Of a stretch of 42,319 nucleotides of DNA, positions 9,364 to 18,759 are shown one piece after another. Source of the stretch: Paraburkholderia sp. (lineage in GTDB: Bacteria; Pseudomonadota; Gammaproteobacteria; Burkholderiales; Burkholderiaceae). The translations under genes were made by a program, and so were the position numbers. The first letter of the stretch is position 1, and every line of letters starts with the position of its first letter. Location of the stretch: the NCBI GenBank assembly GCA_036514415.1, contig DATBXG010000117.1:1-42319 (forward strand), given 5' to 3'. A model generated the notes under the pieces. That model saw only the letters and a list, made by a program, of their open reading frames with translations, ran no database searches and was not told where the DNA came from.

Positions 9364-10055
9364 AGCGCGGCGTAGTCGTCACCCAGATCCCGCGCGCCGA
9401 CGCGCGCCACATCGAGATCCTCAAGGAAGCCGGCACGGCCACCGTGCACGAGGCGCAAAGCCGGCTCGGCCTGCTCGCCACCTACCTGCGGCCCATCTAT
9501 TCGGGCGCCGCGATTGCGGGCTCGGCCGTGACCGTGCTCATGCCGCCCTCGGACAACTGGATGCTCCACGTGGCCGTGGAGCAGTGCCGCGAAGGCGACG
9601 TGCTGGTGGCCGCGCCCACTTCGCCCTGCGAAGACGGCTACTTCGGCGAACTGCTCGCCACCTCGCTCGCCGCGCGCGGCGTGCGCGGGCTCATCATCGA
9701 CGCGGGTTGCCGCGACGTTCGCGCACTGAAGGCGATGGACTTCCCCGTGTGGTCGAAGGCCGTTTCGGCGCAAGGCACGGTGAAGGAAACGCTGGGCTCG
9801 GTGAACGTGCCGGTGGTGTGCGCACAGCAGATCGTGCATCCGGGCGACGTGATCGTGGCCGACGACGACGGCGTGGTCGTGGTGCCGTTCGCCACGGTGC
9901 CGAAGGTCGTGGAGGCAACCCAGGCGCGCCTCGCCAAGGAAGAGAAGACGCGCGCCGTGCTGGCGGGCGGCACGCTCGGCCTCGACTATTACGGCATGCG
10001 CGAGCGCCTTGCCGAAAAGGGCCTGCGCTACGTCGACACGCCGGCAGACGCTTGA
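9360..10055 (+). CDS. galC: 4-carboxy-4-hydroxy-2-oxoadipate aldolase (RraA/LigK family)
   Basis: [45 protein letters not shown]; ATGA overlap with galB. Confidence 0.92.
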   Translation: MKRGVVVTQIPRADARHIEILKEAGTATVHEAQSRLGLLATYLRPIYSGAAIAGSAVTVLMPPSDNWMLHVAVEQCREGDVLVAAPTSPCEDGYFGELLATSLAARGVRGLIIDAGCRDVRALKAMDFPVWSKAVSAQGTVKETLGSVNVPVVCAQQIVHPGDVIVADDDGVVVVPFATVPKVVEATQARLAKEEKTRAVLAGGTLGLDYYGMRERLAEKGLRYVDTPADA

Positions 10056-10069
10056 GTTTGCAACGTTCG

Positions 10070-11188
10070 ATGACATCGCACGTGTCGCCCAGAGGGCAAA
10101 CGCGCATTCGCTGCATGCTGATGCGCGGCGGCACGTCGAAGGGCGCGTATTTCGTCGCCGACGACCTGCCGCGCGACCCGGCCGAGCGCGACCGCGTGCT
10201 GCTGGCCGTCATGGGTTCGCCCGATCCGCGCCAGATCGACGGCATTGGCGGCGCGGACCCGCTCACGAGCAAGGTGGCGATCGTCTCGCAGTCGTCGCGT
10301 GACGACGCCGACGTCGATTATCTGTTCGCACAGGTCGTGGTGAACGAGGCGCGCGTGGATTACGGCCAGAACTGCGGCAATCTGCTCGCGGGCGTGGGCC
10401 CGTTCGCGATCGAGCGCGGTCTCGTCGATGCGCGCGACGGCGCGACGTCGGTGGCGATCCATATGGTCAACACGGGGCAGATCGCGGTGGCGACCGTCGC
10501 CACGCCCGGCCGCGAGGTGCAGTACGAAGGCGATGCGAGCATCGACGGCGTGCCCGGCACGGCGGCGGCGATCCCGCTCGCGTTTCGCGACACGGCGGGC
10601 GCGACGTGCGGTGCGCTGCTGCCCACGGGCAACCTCAAGGACGTGGTCGATGGCGTGGAAGTGACCTGCATCGACAACGGCATGCCGCTCGTGCTTTTGC
10701 GCGCGAGCGATCTCGGCCGCACCGGCTATGAAACGCGCGAGGCGCTCGATGCCGATGGGGAACTCAAGGCGCGCGTGGAGGCGATTCGTCTCGCGATCGG
10801 GCCGCGCATGAATCTCGGCGACGTGCGCGAGCGCACCGTGCCGAAGATGTGCCTGATCGCCCCGCCGCGCAATGGCGGCGCAATCAGTACGCGCAGCTTC
10901 ATTCCGCACCGCTGCCATGCGTCGATCGGCGTGCTGGGCGCGGTGAGCGTGGCCACGGCGGCGGTGTTGCCGGGCACGGTTTGCGATGGCGTAGCTCAGG
11001 TAAGCCGCGAACAGGCTTTGGAGCGCGTGGCGGTCGAACACCCCACGGGCGAGTTCACTGTCGAGCTGACGCTCGCCCGGCATGACGGCGCGACTGAAGT
11101 GGAAGGCGCGGCGCTGCTGCGCACGGCGCGCTGGCTCTTCGACGGCGTGGTGGGAATTCCTGCTTCGGTGTGGCAAGGACGCGCTTGA
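10070..11188 (+). CDS. galD: 4-oxalomesaconate tautomerase (PrpF/FldA family)
   Basis: MRGGTSKG, GSPDPRQIDGIGG..PLTSKVA, NCGN, EHPTG, LRTAR motifs. Confidence 0.92.
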   Translation: MTSHVSPRGQTRIRCMLMRGGTSKGAYFVADDLPRDPAERDRVLLAVMGSPDPRQIDGIGGADPLTSKVAIVSQSSRDDADVDYLFAQVVVNEARVDYGQNCGNLLAGVGPFAIERGLVDARDGATSVAIHMVNTGQIAVATVATPGREVQYEGDASIDGVPGTAAAIPLAFRDTAGATCGALLPTGNLKDVVDGVEVTCIDNGMPLVLLRASDLGRTGYETREALDADGELKARVEAIRLAIGPRMNLGDVRERTVPKMCLIAPPRNGGAISTRSFIPHRCHASIGVLGAVSVATAAVLPGTVCDGVAQVSREQALERVAVEHPTGEFTVELTLARHDGATEVEGAALLRTARWLFDGVVGIPASVWQGRA

Positions 11189-11276
11189 GCAGACACGCGT
11201 CGCGCGTTTGAATCTTCTCGTACGACAACGAGCGCCCCTGTGGGCGCTCGTTTTACGTTGGCACGGCGCGCCACGC

Positions 11277-12536
11277 TCAACCCGCGCGCCGTCCCTCCAC
11301 CACGCGCGTTGCCGGCGCGACTTCCATGACCGCGAGCCGGATCGCGTCGATCAGCGCGCGTGCGGCGGGCGAGGGCGAGCCCTGTGCGCGCAGCGTGAGC
11401 CCGATATCGCGGCGCGTGTGCTGCAGCGGCACGTCGAGAATCACGAGCTGGCCCGAGTCGATTTCGTAGTGCAATTGCTGCGCGGAGAGCGCCGTAATCA
11501 TGTCCGTGCCGAGCAGCAGGCCGCGAATCACGGCGAGATCGGCGGTTTCGACGGTCGGCATGGGCGGCTTGAGCTTCACGCGCCGGAACTGCGAGTCAAG
11601 CAGCCCGCGCGAGGGCGAATGCGTGCGCGAAAGAATCCACTGGGTATCGCGCAGATCGTTCAGCGTGAGGCCGTGCTTTTTCGCGAGCGGATGGTCGCGC
11701 CGCGCGAGCACCACCATGTCCTCCGACATCAGCCGCTCGTTGGCGAGGCCGCTTGCCGCATCGTTCTCGCGCAGCGCGCCCAGCACGAAGTCCACGTCGC
11801 CCGCGCGCAGGCCCGCCACCAGCAGCTCATAAGCGCTTTCGTCCGTGACCACGCGCACGCCCGGATGCTGCGCGGAAAGGCGCGCAATGGCGGCCGGCAG
11901 GATGAGCGTGCGGCCGAGCGGCAAGGCACCCACCGTCACCGCGCCCTGAATATTGCCGTGCAGCGCGGCGATATCGTCGGGCACGTGGCGCAGTTCGTTG
12001 AGCGCGCGCCGCACGTGCAGCAGGAAGGTTTCGCCCTCGGCCGTGAGCAGCACGCCGCGCGGCCCGCGATGGAACAGCGTCACGCCCGAGCCGCTCTCGA
12101 GCACGCGCATGGCGCTGCTCACGGCGGGCTGGCTGATGCCGAATGCATTGGCCGTGCTCGGCATGTGGCGGTGCCGCGCCAGCGCGACGAAAAGCTGCAG
12201 CCGCCGCGTATTGAGCAGATATGCGGGCAGCGTGCCCTCGCTCAATGCGCGCCGGCGCGCCTGGCGCGCCGCGCACCACTGCGCGAGCTCTTCGAGTTCG
12301 CCGAAAATGCGCGCGCAGCGCTCGAGCACGACGCGCCCCACGGCCGTGGGCAGCATGCCCGAAGGCTTGCGCTCGAAGAGCGGCGCGCCGAGCGCAGTCT
12401 CCAGCTCCTGCACCGAGCGCGTGACGGCCGATTGTGCGCGATAGAGGGCCGAAGCGGCGCGCGTGGCGCTGCCGGTGTCGGCAACGAGGCGAAAAGCGCG
12501 CAGATGCGCGAGATTCAGGAGTTCTGGCTGGCTCAC
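11277..12536 (-). CDS. galR: GalR-type LysR regulator with two tandem HTH domains
   Basis: HTH1 (LAHLRAF..GSATRAA..AQSAVTRSVQELE..LFER) and HTH2 (RRLQLF..ISQPAVSSAMRVLE..LFHR) precede the LysR substrate domain. Start uncertain (GTG 12536 chosen). Confidence 0.85.
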   Translation of the reverse strand: MSQPELLNLAHLRAFRLVADTGSATRAASALYRAQSAVTRSVQELETALGAPLFERKPSGMLPTAVGRVVLERCARIFGELEELAQWCAARQARRRALSEGTLPAYLLNTRRLQLFVALARHRHMPSTANAFGISQPAVSSAMRVLESGSGVTLFHRGPRGVLLTAEGETFLLHVRRALNELRHVPDDIAALHGNIQGAVTVGALPLGRTLILPAAIARLSAQHPGVRVVTDESAYELLVAGLRAGDVDFVLGALRENDAASGLANERLMSEDMVVLARRDHPLAKKHGLTLNDLRDTQWILSRTHSPSRGLLDSQFRRVKLKPPMPTVETADLAVIRGLLLGTDMITALSAQQLHYEIDSGQLVILDVPLQHTRRDIGLTLRAQGSPSPAARALIDAIRLAVMEVAPATRVVEGRRAG

Positions 12537-12576
12537 GGCTCGATCATGTCGTTTTGAGTGGGAAACGTGCCGTGTC

Positions 12577-13290
12577 TCATGCGGCGACTGCGGCCGCGAC
12601 CGCACTCAGATGCAGGCGGTCGACCGAGAGATTGAGGCTCTCCTTCGAAATATGCGTGTGCTCTTTCATCAGCGCTTCGACGCGCGCGCCTTCGCCGTTC
12701 ACGAGCGCGCCGACGATGGCGTGATGCTGGCGGTGCGCATACGAGAGCATCATGAACTGACGCTCCTGCGCGGACTTGTCGAACACCACCGTGCCCGGCG
12801 AGACGAACGGGATCTTGTCGTTCAGCCCGAGCGCGGCGCTCACCGCAAGATTGTGCGCCGCTTCCACAATCAGTGCGTGGAAGCGGCCGTTCATCGCGGC
12901 GTAGCGCGTTTGCGCCTCGCTGTCGAGCGCGCCGGCCGCGAAAATCGCATCGCCTTCGCGCAGGCATTCTTCGAGCGCGCGCGCGAGCGCTGCATCCACG
13001 CCGCGCTCGGCCACCGAACGCGCCGCGAGCCCTTCGAGCACGCCGCGCACGTCGATGGCATTGAGCACGTCGGTCACGGAAAAGCGGCGCACGATATAGC
13101 CGCGTGCGCCCGAGCGCTCGACAAGGCCCTCGGTCGCGAGCACGCTCAACGCATAGCGCAGCGGCGTGCGCGAAATGCCGAGGCGTTCGGCGAGTTGCGC
13201 CTCGACGAGCCGCTCGCCGGGTGCGAGCTCGCCGGAAAGGATGCGCGTGCGCAGCGCCTGCACGATGGTTTGCTGGGTCGTCCCGTTCAT
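12577..13290 (-). CDS. GntR family (FCD, VanR-like) transcriptional regulator
   Basis: LRTRILSGELAPGERLVEAQLAERLGISRTPLR, N.RFH, QHHAIV, MKEH motifs. Confidence 0.9.
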   Translation of the reverse strand: MNGTTQQTIVQALRTRILSGELAPGERLVEAQLAERLGISRTPLRYALSVLATEGLVERSGARGYIVRRFSVTDVLNAIDVRGVLEGLAARSVAERGVDAALARALEECLREGDAIFAAGALDSEAQTRYAAMNGRFHALIVEAAHNLAVSAALGLNDKIPFVSPGTVVFDKSAQERQFMMLSYAHRQHHAIVGALVNGEGARVEALMKEHTHISKESLNLSVDRLHLSAVAAAVAA

Positions 13291-13662
13291 GTCATGCGTG
13301 AATCGCTGTGGCGGGGCGCGCGCTGCAGAGCGTGCACGGCCGTTGCGAGTTCGTTCTTTTGATATCTGTTTCGTTTATGAGGGGGTTGCCGAGGCCGCTC
13401 TCCAGCGACTCTTGCAACGGCATTTCAGGATACCAAAAACCGTTGCGGTGCGCGGGTTTAAGAGATCGGCGAAGTGTGGGGAAACGCCCAGAGGCCCTGA
13501 ATTTATGAGGAAAAAGGAAAAATTGGTGGTTAACCCTTACTTACGATTTGGGTGGCATTTTTGTAACTTCGTATCCCAATCGATGGATCGAAGGCGTCTG
13601 CCGACGTATCCGGTCCAGCGCGGCGCGTGTGCGCCGCATGAACAGCAGCAGAGGGCAAGATC

Positions 13663-14508
13663 ATGGCAAGAATAGTGGGCGGCATCGGCACCTCGCATGT
13701 GCCGACAATCGGATTGGCATACGACAAGGGCAAGCAGAACGAACCCGCGTGGGCGCCGCTCTTCCAGGGGTACGAACCGGTGGCGCAGTGGCTTGCCGAG
13801 CGCAAGCCGGACGCGCTCGTGATGTTCTACAACGACCACGCCAACAGCTTCTTCTTCGACTGCTACCCGACGTTCGCGCTGGGCGTTTCCGCGAATCACG
13901 AGTTCGCCGACGAAGGCGCGGGCAAGCGGGCGCTGCCGGACATCGCGGGCCACCCCGATCTGGCGATCCATATTGCCGAGCAGCTCGTGAACGACGAATT
14001 CGACCTCACGATCTTCCAGGACAAGCCGCTCGACCACGGCTGCAACTCGCCGCTTTCGCTCATGCTGCCGCACGAAGGCGGCTGGCCCGCGGCGCTGGTG
14101 CCGATCCAGGTGAACGTGCTGCAGTATCCGCTGCCCACGGCGAACCGCTGCTACCGGATCGGCCAGGCGCTGCGCCGCGCCATCGAATCGTTCGAGCAGG
14201 ACCTCGACGTCGTGGTGGTGGGCACGGGCGGTCTCTCGCACCAGGTGCACGGCGAGCGCAGCGGCTTTAACAACACCGAGTGGGACATGGAGTTCCTCGA
14301 CCTGATCGTGAACGACCCGGAGCGCCTCGCACGCATGAAGCACGTGGACTACGTGCGGCTTGGCGGCGCGGAGAGCGTGGAGACGATCATGTGGCTCGCC
14401 ATGCGCGGCGCGCTGGGGAGCAAGATCCGCGAAGTCCATCGCAGCTACTATCTCGCGACCAGCACGGCGATGGCGGTCACGGTCTACGAAGAAGAGGGCC
14501 AGCAATGA
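13663..14508 (+). CDS. Class III extradiol dioxygenase catalytic (LigB-like) subunit, gallate dioxygenase-like
   Basis: TSHVPTIG, YNDH, LDHG, GTGGLSHQVHGERSG, GAESVE motifs; closest in character to the N-terminal domain of GalA/DesB. Confidence 0.9.
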   Translation: MARIVGGIGTSHVPTIGLAYDKGKQNEPAWAPLFQGYEPVAQWLAERKPDALVMFYNDHANSFFFDCYPTFALGVSANHEFADEGAGKRALPDIAGHPDLAIHIAEQLVNDEFDLTIFQDKPLDHGCNSPLSLMLPHEGGWPAALVPIQVNVLQYPLPTANRCYRIGQALRRAIESFEQDLDVVVVGTGGLSHQVHGERSGFNNTEWDMEFLDLIVNDPERLARMKHVDYVRLGGAESVETIMWLAMRGALGSKIREVHRSYYLATSTAMAVTVYEEEGQQ

Positions 14509-14864
14509 ATCCGCAACTGGTGGGCATCGAGGAACTGACGGGCACCTATCCGTTCGACATTCGCCAGAGCATGAAGGCCATGCGCCTGAACCGCTTCTTC
14601 TGGCAAATGCGCTTGCCGCAGGCGCGCGAACTGTGGCTCAACGACCGCAAGGCCGCCTACGACGCAGCCGCGCTCACGGATGAAGAGCGCGCGCTCGTCG
14701 ACGCGACCGACTGGCTCGGCCTCATTCAGTACGGCGTGTGCTTCTTCGTGCTGGAGAAGTTCGCGCGCGTGGTGAAGATCACCAATCTCGGCATGTACGC
14801 GAGCATGCGCGGCGAAACCCTCGAAGCGTTCCTGAAGACGCGCAGGGTGCCCGACGCGGTCTGA
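14505..14864 (+). CDS. Extradiol dioxygenase small (LigA-like) subunit, equivalent to the GalA/DesB C-terminal domain
   Basis: QLVGIEELTGTYPF, LNRFF, LT.EER, YGVCFFVLEK, MRGETLEAFLKTR; ATGA coupling with the beta gene. Confidence 0.88.
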   Translation: MNPQLVGIEELTGTYPFDIRQSMKAMRLNRFFWQMRLPQARELWLNDRKAAYDAAALTDEERALVDATDWLGLIQYGVCFFVLEKFARVVKITNLGMYASMRGETLEAFLKTRRVPDAV

Positions 14865-14949
14865 GCGCCGCAATCATCGTGAGCACGACGTAGTGACCCG
14901 CGGCCTGCACACGCACTTCTAGTTTCAGTGTCTCCAGTAGTTGTTTGAC

Positions 14950-14982
14950 GCCGCCCGATCGTTTGATCGGGCGGCTTTTTTT
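14950..14982 (+). terminator. Rho-independent terminator of the dioxygenase operon
   Basis: Perfect 11-bp stem GCCGCCCGATC-GTTT-GATCGGGCGGC followed by T7. Confidence 0.92.
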
Positions 14983-15079
14983 GTTTCCGTTCGCCCACTG
15001 TCCGTGGCGCATCACGCACGCGAATTCGGCACAATAGCGCCAGTCGAAACAGCACTCGCGTGACGAGAAGGGAAGTCTC

Positions 15080-16213
15080 ATGACGGACACGGTGGATTGC
15101 GTCGTGATCGGCGCGGGCGTGGTCGGGCTCGCGGTCGCGCGAGCGTGCGCGCAGCAGGGCTGGGAGACCGTCCTCGTCGAGGCGGAGAACGCCATTGGCA
15201 CGGGCACGAGTTCGCGCAACAGCGAGGTGATCCACGCAGGCATCTACTACCCGCAGAGCTCGCTCAAGGCGCGGCTGTGCGTGCAAGGCAAGCACAAGCT
15301 CTACGCGTATTGCGAAGAGAAAGGCGTGGAGTACAGCCGCTGCGGCAAGTTCATCGTCGCGACGAGCGAAGGGCAGCTCGACGCGCTGCGCGCCATTCGC
15401 GCGGCGGCGGTCGCCAACGGCGTGGACGACTTGCGCTGGCTGGAGCGCGACGAGGCGCGCGCGAAGGAGCCCGCGCTCAATTGCGTGGCCGCGCTCGAGT
15501 CGCCTTCAACGGGCATTGTCGACAGCCACGGGTTGATGCTCGCGCTGCAGGGCGACTTCGAAGCCGCGGGCGGCATGCTTGCGTTGCGCTCGCCAGTCAC
15601 GGGCGGCGCGGTGCGGCCGGGCCAGCCGATGCTCCTCGAGGTGGGCGGCGACGAGCCGATCGAACTGCTGGCAACGCGCGTGGTGAACAGCGCGGGCCTT
15701 TACGCGCAGCAGGTGTCGGCTTCAATCGAAGGCGTGCCGGCGCAATCGATCCTGCCGGTGCGCTATGCGAAGGGCAATTACTACTCGCTGACTGGCGCGG
15801 CGCCGTTTTCGCGGCTCATCTATCCGGTTCCGGAGGAAGGGGGACTCGGTGTCCACCTGACGATCGACCTCGGCCGCCAGGCGCGCTTCGGCCCCGACGT
15901 CGAATGGATCGACACGATCGACTACACCGTCGACCCGGGCCGGGCGGCGAAATTCTACGAGGCGATTCGCACATACTGGCCCGCGCTGCCTGACGACGCG
16001 CTGCAACCGGGTTATGCTGGCATCCGCCCGAAGCTCGCGGATGGCGAACGCGGCAACGGGCATGGCGGCGGCGACTTCGTGATCCAGGACGCGCGCGAGC
16101 ATGGCGTGAGCGGGCTCGTGAACCTCTACGGCATCGAGTCGCCGGGGCTGACGGCTTCGCTCGCGATTGCGGACGAGGTGATCGAACGCCTGAACATGAA
16201 CGGAATGCAGTAG
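15080..16213 (+). CDS. FAD-dependent oxidoreductase, L-2-hydroxyglutarate oxidase (LhgO)-like
   Basis: [57 protein letters not shown]. Confidence 0.88.
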   Translation: MTDTVDCVVIGAGVVGLAVARACAQQGWETVLVEAENAIGTGTSSRNSEVIHAGIYYPQSSLKARLCVQGKHKLYAYCEEKGVEYSRCGKFIVATSEGQLDALRAIRAAAVANGVDDLRWLERDEARAKEPALNCVAALESPSTGIVDSHGLMLALQGDFEAAGGMLALRSPVTGGAVRPGQPMLLEVGGDEPIELLATRVVNSAGLYAQQVSASIEGVPAQSILPVRYAKGNYYSLTGAAPFSRLIYPVPEEGGLGVHLTIDLGRQARFGPDVEWIDTIDYTVDPGRAAKFYEAIRTYWPALPDDALQPGYAGIRPKLADGERGNGHGGGDFVIQDAREHGVSGLVNLYGIESPGLTASLAIADEVIERLNMNGMQ

Positions 16214-16243
16214 CGAATCAACGCGAATCACAAGGAGAACAAG

Positions 16244-16537
16244 ATGGTCTACGAGATGGCGCATATCACGGTGAGCGCTGGCAAGAACGCCGATTTCGAG
16301 GCGGGCGTGGCGCAGGCGCTGCCGCTGTTTCACCGCGCGCGCGGCTGCCGCGCCGTGGAACTGCAGCGCAGCGTGGAAGAGCCGAACCAGTATGTGCTCG
16401 TCGTGCAGTGGGATACCGTCGAGGATCACATGGTGCACTTTCGCGAGTCGGCGGACTTCCAGGAATGGCGGAGCCTCGTCGGCCCGTACTTCGAAAAGCC
16501 GCCCGTGGTGGGGCATACGCAGGTCGTGGTGAAATAA
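16244..16537 (+). CDS. Antibiotic biosynthesis monooxygenase (ABM) family protein
   Basis: AAGGAG SD; YVLVVQWDTVEDHM..FR.S..FQEW ABM pattern. Confidence 0.85.
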   Translation: MVYEMAHITVSAGKNADFEAGVAQALPLFHRARGCRAVELQRSVEEPNQYVLVVQWDTVEDHMVHFRESADFQEWRSLVGPYFEKPPVVGHTQVVVK

Positions 16538-16604
16538 CACGCGAGGTGCGGCCAGGCGGCGCTGCAACGCCAAAAGCGCGGAAATTGCGGAAAACCAGCG
16601 CCGC

Positions 16605-17729
16605 TCACGCCCTGATCGGGAATCCCTCGACATAAGCGACCGCGTCTTCGCCGTCCCACACGCGAGCGTCGACGAACGGCGCCGTAGCCACCGCCTGCGG
16701 CACCTCGATCCCTATCGCCGCTGCCGCCTCGCCATACAGCGCGGTCTGGTTCAACGCGCGCGCGATCTCGCGATAGTCGTCACGCCGCGCAAGCATGCCC
16801 CATCGTTCGAACTGCGTAAGAAACCAGACGCCTTCCGATTCACGCGGGTAGTTCACGCGGCCCTCCTCGAAGAATTTCATCCCCGGCGCGGGGGCCGCCG
16901 CGTCCCCTTCGAGCCGCGCCGCGATCAGCGAGGCGTCCACGCCCAGCATCTCCGGCCGCGCGAGCCACTGGGCGATCTGGCGGCGATTGCCTTCCCCGTC
17001 GAGCCAGCGGCACGCCTCCAGCATCGTCTGTACTAGCGCGCGCGCCGTATTCGGATAGCGCGCGACGAAGTCGCGCCGGCACGCCAGCACCTTCTCTGGA
17101 TGATCCGGCCAGATTCCGCCGCTCGCGATGACCGTGCGTCCCACACCACGCTGCCCGGCGAGCCCCGGCCATGGCTCGCCCACGCACAGGCCGTCGAGGC
17201 GGTCTTCCGCGAGCGCGGCCACCATCTGCGGCGGCGGAATCACCACGCTTTCGATGTCGTGCAACGGATGCACGCCTTGCGAAGCGAGCCAGTAATACAG
17301 CCACATCGCGTGCGTGCCGGTGGGGAAGGTCTGCGCGAAAACGGGCTTGCGATCCAGCGTCGCCAGCGCGCGCGGCAGTGTGCCGTGTTCGGCGAGTGCC
17401 TCCGCGAGACGGTTCGAGAGCGTGATCGCCTGGCCGTTGCGGTTGAGCACCATGAGCACGGCCATGTCGGTTTGCGGGCCGCCAAGGCCGAGCTGCACCC
17501 CATACACGAGCCCGTAGAGCGAATGCGCGGCATCGAGCTCGCCGGAAAGCAGCTTGTCGCGCAACGCGGCCCATGAGGGCTGGCGCGAGAGTTCGAGCGT
17601 GAGCCCGTGCGCGTGGCCGAATTCGAGCAGCTTCGCGGCGACGAGCGGCGCGGCGTCGGCAAGCGGCACGAAGCCGATCTTCAGATGGGTTTTCTCGGGC
17701 GCGGCGAGAGTGGCGGTGGTGGCGTTCAT
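16605..17729 (-). CDS. nasS: NasS-like nitrate/nitrite sensor (CmpA/NrtA family, no signal peptide)
   Basis: KIGFVPLADAAPL, SWAALRDKL, LNRNGQAITL, TFPTGTH, PPPQMV, CVGEPW, HPEK; directly downstream of the ANTAR gene. Confidence 0.85.
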   Translation of the reverse strand: MNATTATLAAPEKTHLKIGFVPLADAAPLVAAKLLEFGHAHGLTLELSRQPSWAALRDKLLSGELDAAHSLYGLVYGVQLGLGGPQTDMAVLMVLNRNGQAITLSNRLAEALAEHGTLPRALATLDRKPVFAQTFPTGTHAMWLYYWLASQGVHPLHDIESVVIPPPQMVAALAEDRLDGLCVGEPWPGLAGQRGVGRTVIASGGIWPDHPEKVLACRRDFVARYPNTARALVQTMLEACRWLDGEGNRRQIAQWLARPEMLGVDASLIAARLEGDAAAPAPGMKFFEEGRVNYPRESEGVWFLTQFERWGMLARRDDYREIARALNQTALYGEAAAAIGIEVPQAVATAPFVDARVWDGEDAVAYVEGFPIRA

Positions 17730-17749
17730 GGGCGGCGCATCGTTCCTGC

Positions 17750-18334
17750 TCAATCGTTTCGTTCCTGCGCGTGCGCGCCCGCGACGATCTGGCGGGCGAC
17801 CTCGGCGAGCTTCACGCTCTGGTTCATCGCGCGCTTGCGCAGCGCCGCATAGGCGGCGGGCTCGGTCAGCTTCTGCTGCTCCATCAAGATGCGCTTCGCG
17901 CGGTCGATCAGCTTGCGCTCGGCCAGTTCGTTCTCGGCCTGCGTGAGACGCTCGCGCAGTTGCGCTTCCTGTGCGAAGCGCGCGAGCGCGACTTCGAGGA
18001 TCGGCGCAAGGCGCTCGCTCGCGAGCCCTTCCACGAGGTACGCGGTCACGCCGGCATTCACGGCCGAGCGGATGAGCTGCTGGTTGGCGTCGTGGCTGAA
18101 CATCAGCACCGGGCGCGGGGCGGTGGCGTTCATCACCGCGAGCTGTTCGAGCGTGTCGCGCGAGGGCGACTCGGTATCGATGATGATGACGTCGGGCCGC
18201 TCGCGCTCGACGACGCGATGCAGCGCCTGCGGCGTCGCGGGCTCGGCGAGCATGTCGTAGCCGAGTTTGGCGAGCGCGTCGCGCAGGTCGCCAATAGGCT
18301 TGTCGGTGTCGGTTACGAGCAGTACGCGCAGCAT
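17750..18334 (-). CDS. nasT: NasT-like ANTAR-domain antitermination response regulator
   Basis: Receiver-like N-terminus (PDVIIIDTESPSRD), coiled coil, and ANTAR motif ERKLIDRAKRILM..AY..LRKRAMN. Confidence 0.9.
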   Translation of the reverse strand: MLRVLLVTDTDKPIGDLRDALAKLGYDMLAEPATPQALHRVVERERPDVIIIDTESPSRDTLEQLAVMNATAPRPVLMFSHDANQQLIRSAVNAGVTAYLVEGLASERLAPILEVALARFAQEAQLRERLTQAENELAERKLIDRAKRILMEQQKLTEPAAYAALRKRAMNQSVKLAEVARQIVAGAHAQERND

Positions 18335-18417
18335 GGGGATGTCGTGATCGTCGGCATGAAGTCTTCGACGGTTAATCGGTGCATTGCGCGCCATCGCTGG
18401 GCGCGCATGAGGTTTCA

Positions 18418-18432
18418 GCAAGGTATGTGCCA
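18418..18432 (-). promoter_or_regulatory. Sigma54 (-24/-12) promoter of nasTS
   Basis: Minus strand TGGCAC-ATACC-TTGC, an exact consensus with GG-N10-GC spacing. Confidence 0.85.
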
Positions 18433-18509
18433 GTTCGGAGGCCAGCCGGGAAGCCTTGTCGGAAGGGGTCTTCGGCGTGACTCGGGAAAATGCGGCGCGC
18501 GACGCGTGG

Positions 18510-18586
18510 CGCACCGCAGCAGTGCGGAGACCGCCGCAGCGCACTCACTTGGCGCAGCGCTTGCGTGCAATGCACGAAAAAGTGCG
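18510..18586. promoter_or_regulatory. Putative NtrC enhancer sites
   Basis: GCAC-N7-GTGC (18511), GCAC-N7-GCGC (18541) and GCAC-N6-GTGC (18572), spaced ~30 bp apart and 80-150 bp upstream of the sigma54 site. Confidence 0.6.
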
Positions 18587-18759
18587 GGATCGAAAACGTC
18601 ACGGCGCGCCACGGAGCGCTTCAGGTTGATCCGGCCGCGGGCGTCCAGCGCGCATGGCAGTTTTGCTATTGTGACGAACACATTTCAACTATTCTTTCTA
18701 TCGCACCCTGTCGGCTCCACGATCCCAGCGCCAGCATTCTCACGACAAATAACCGGCCA

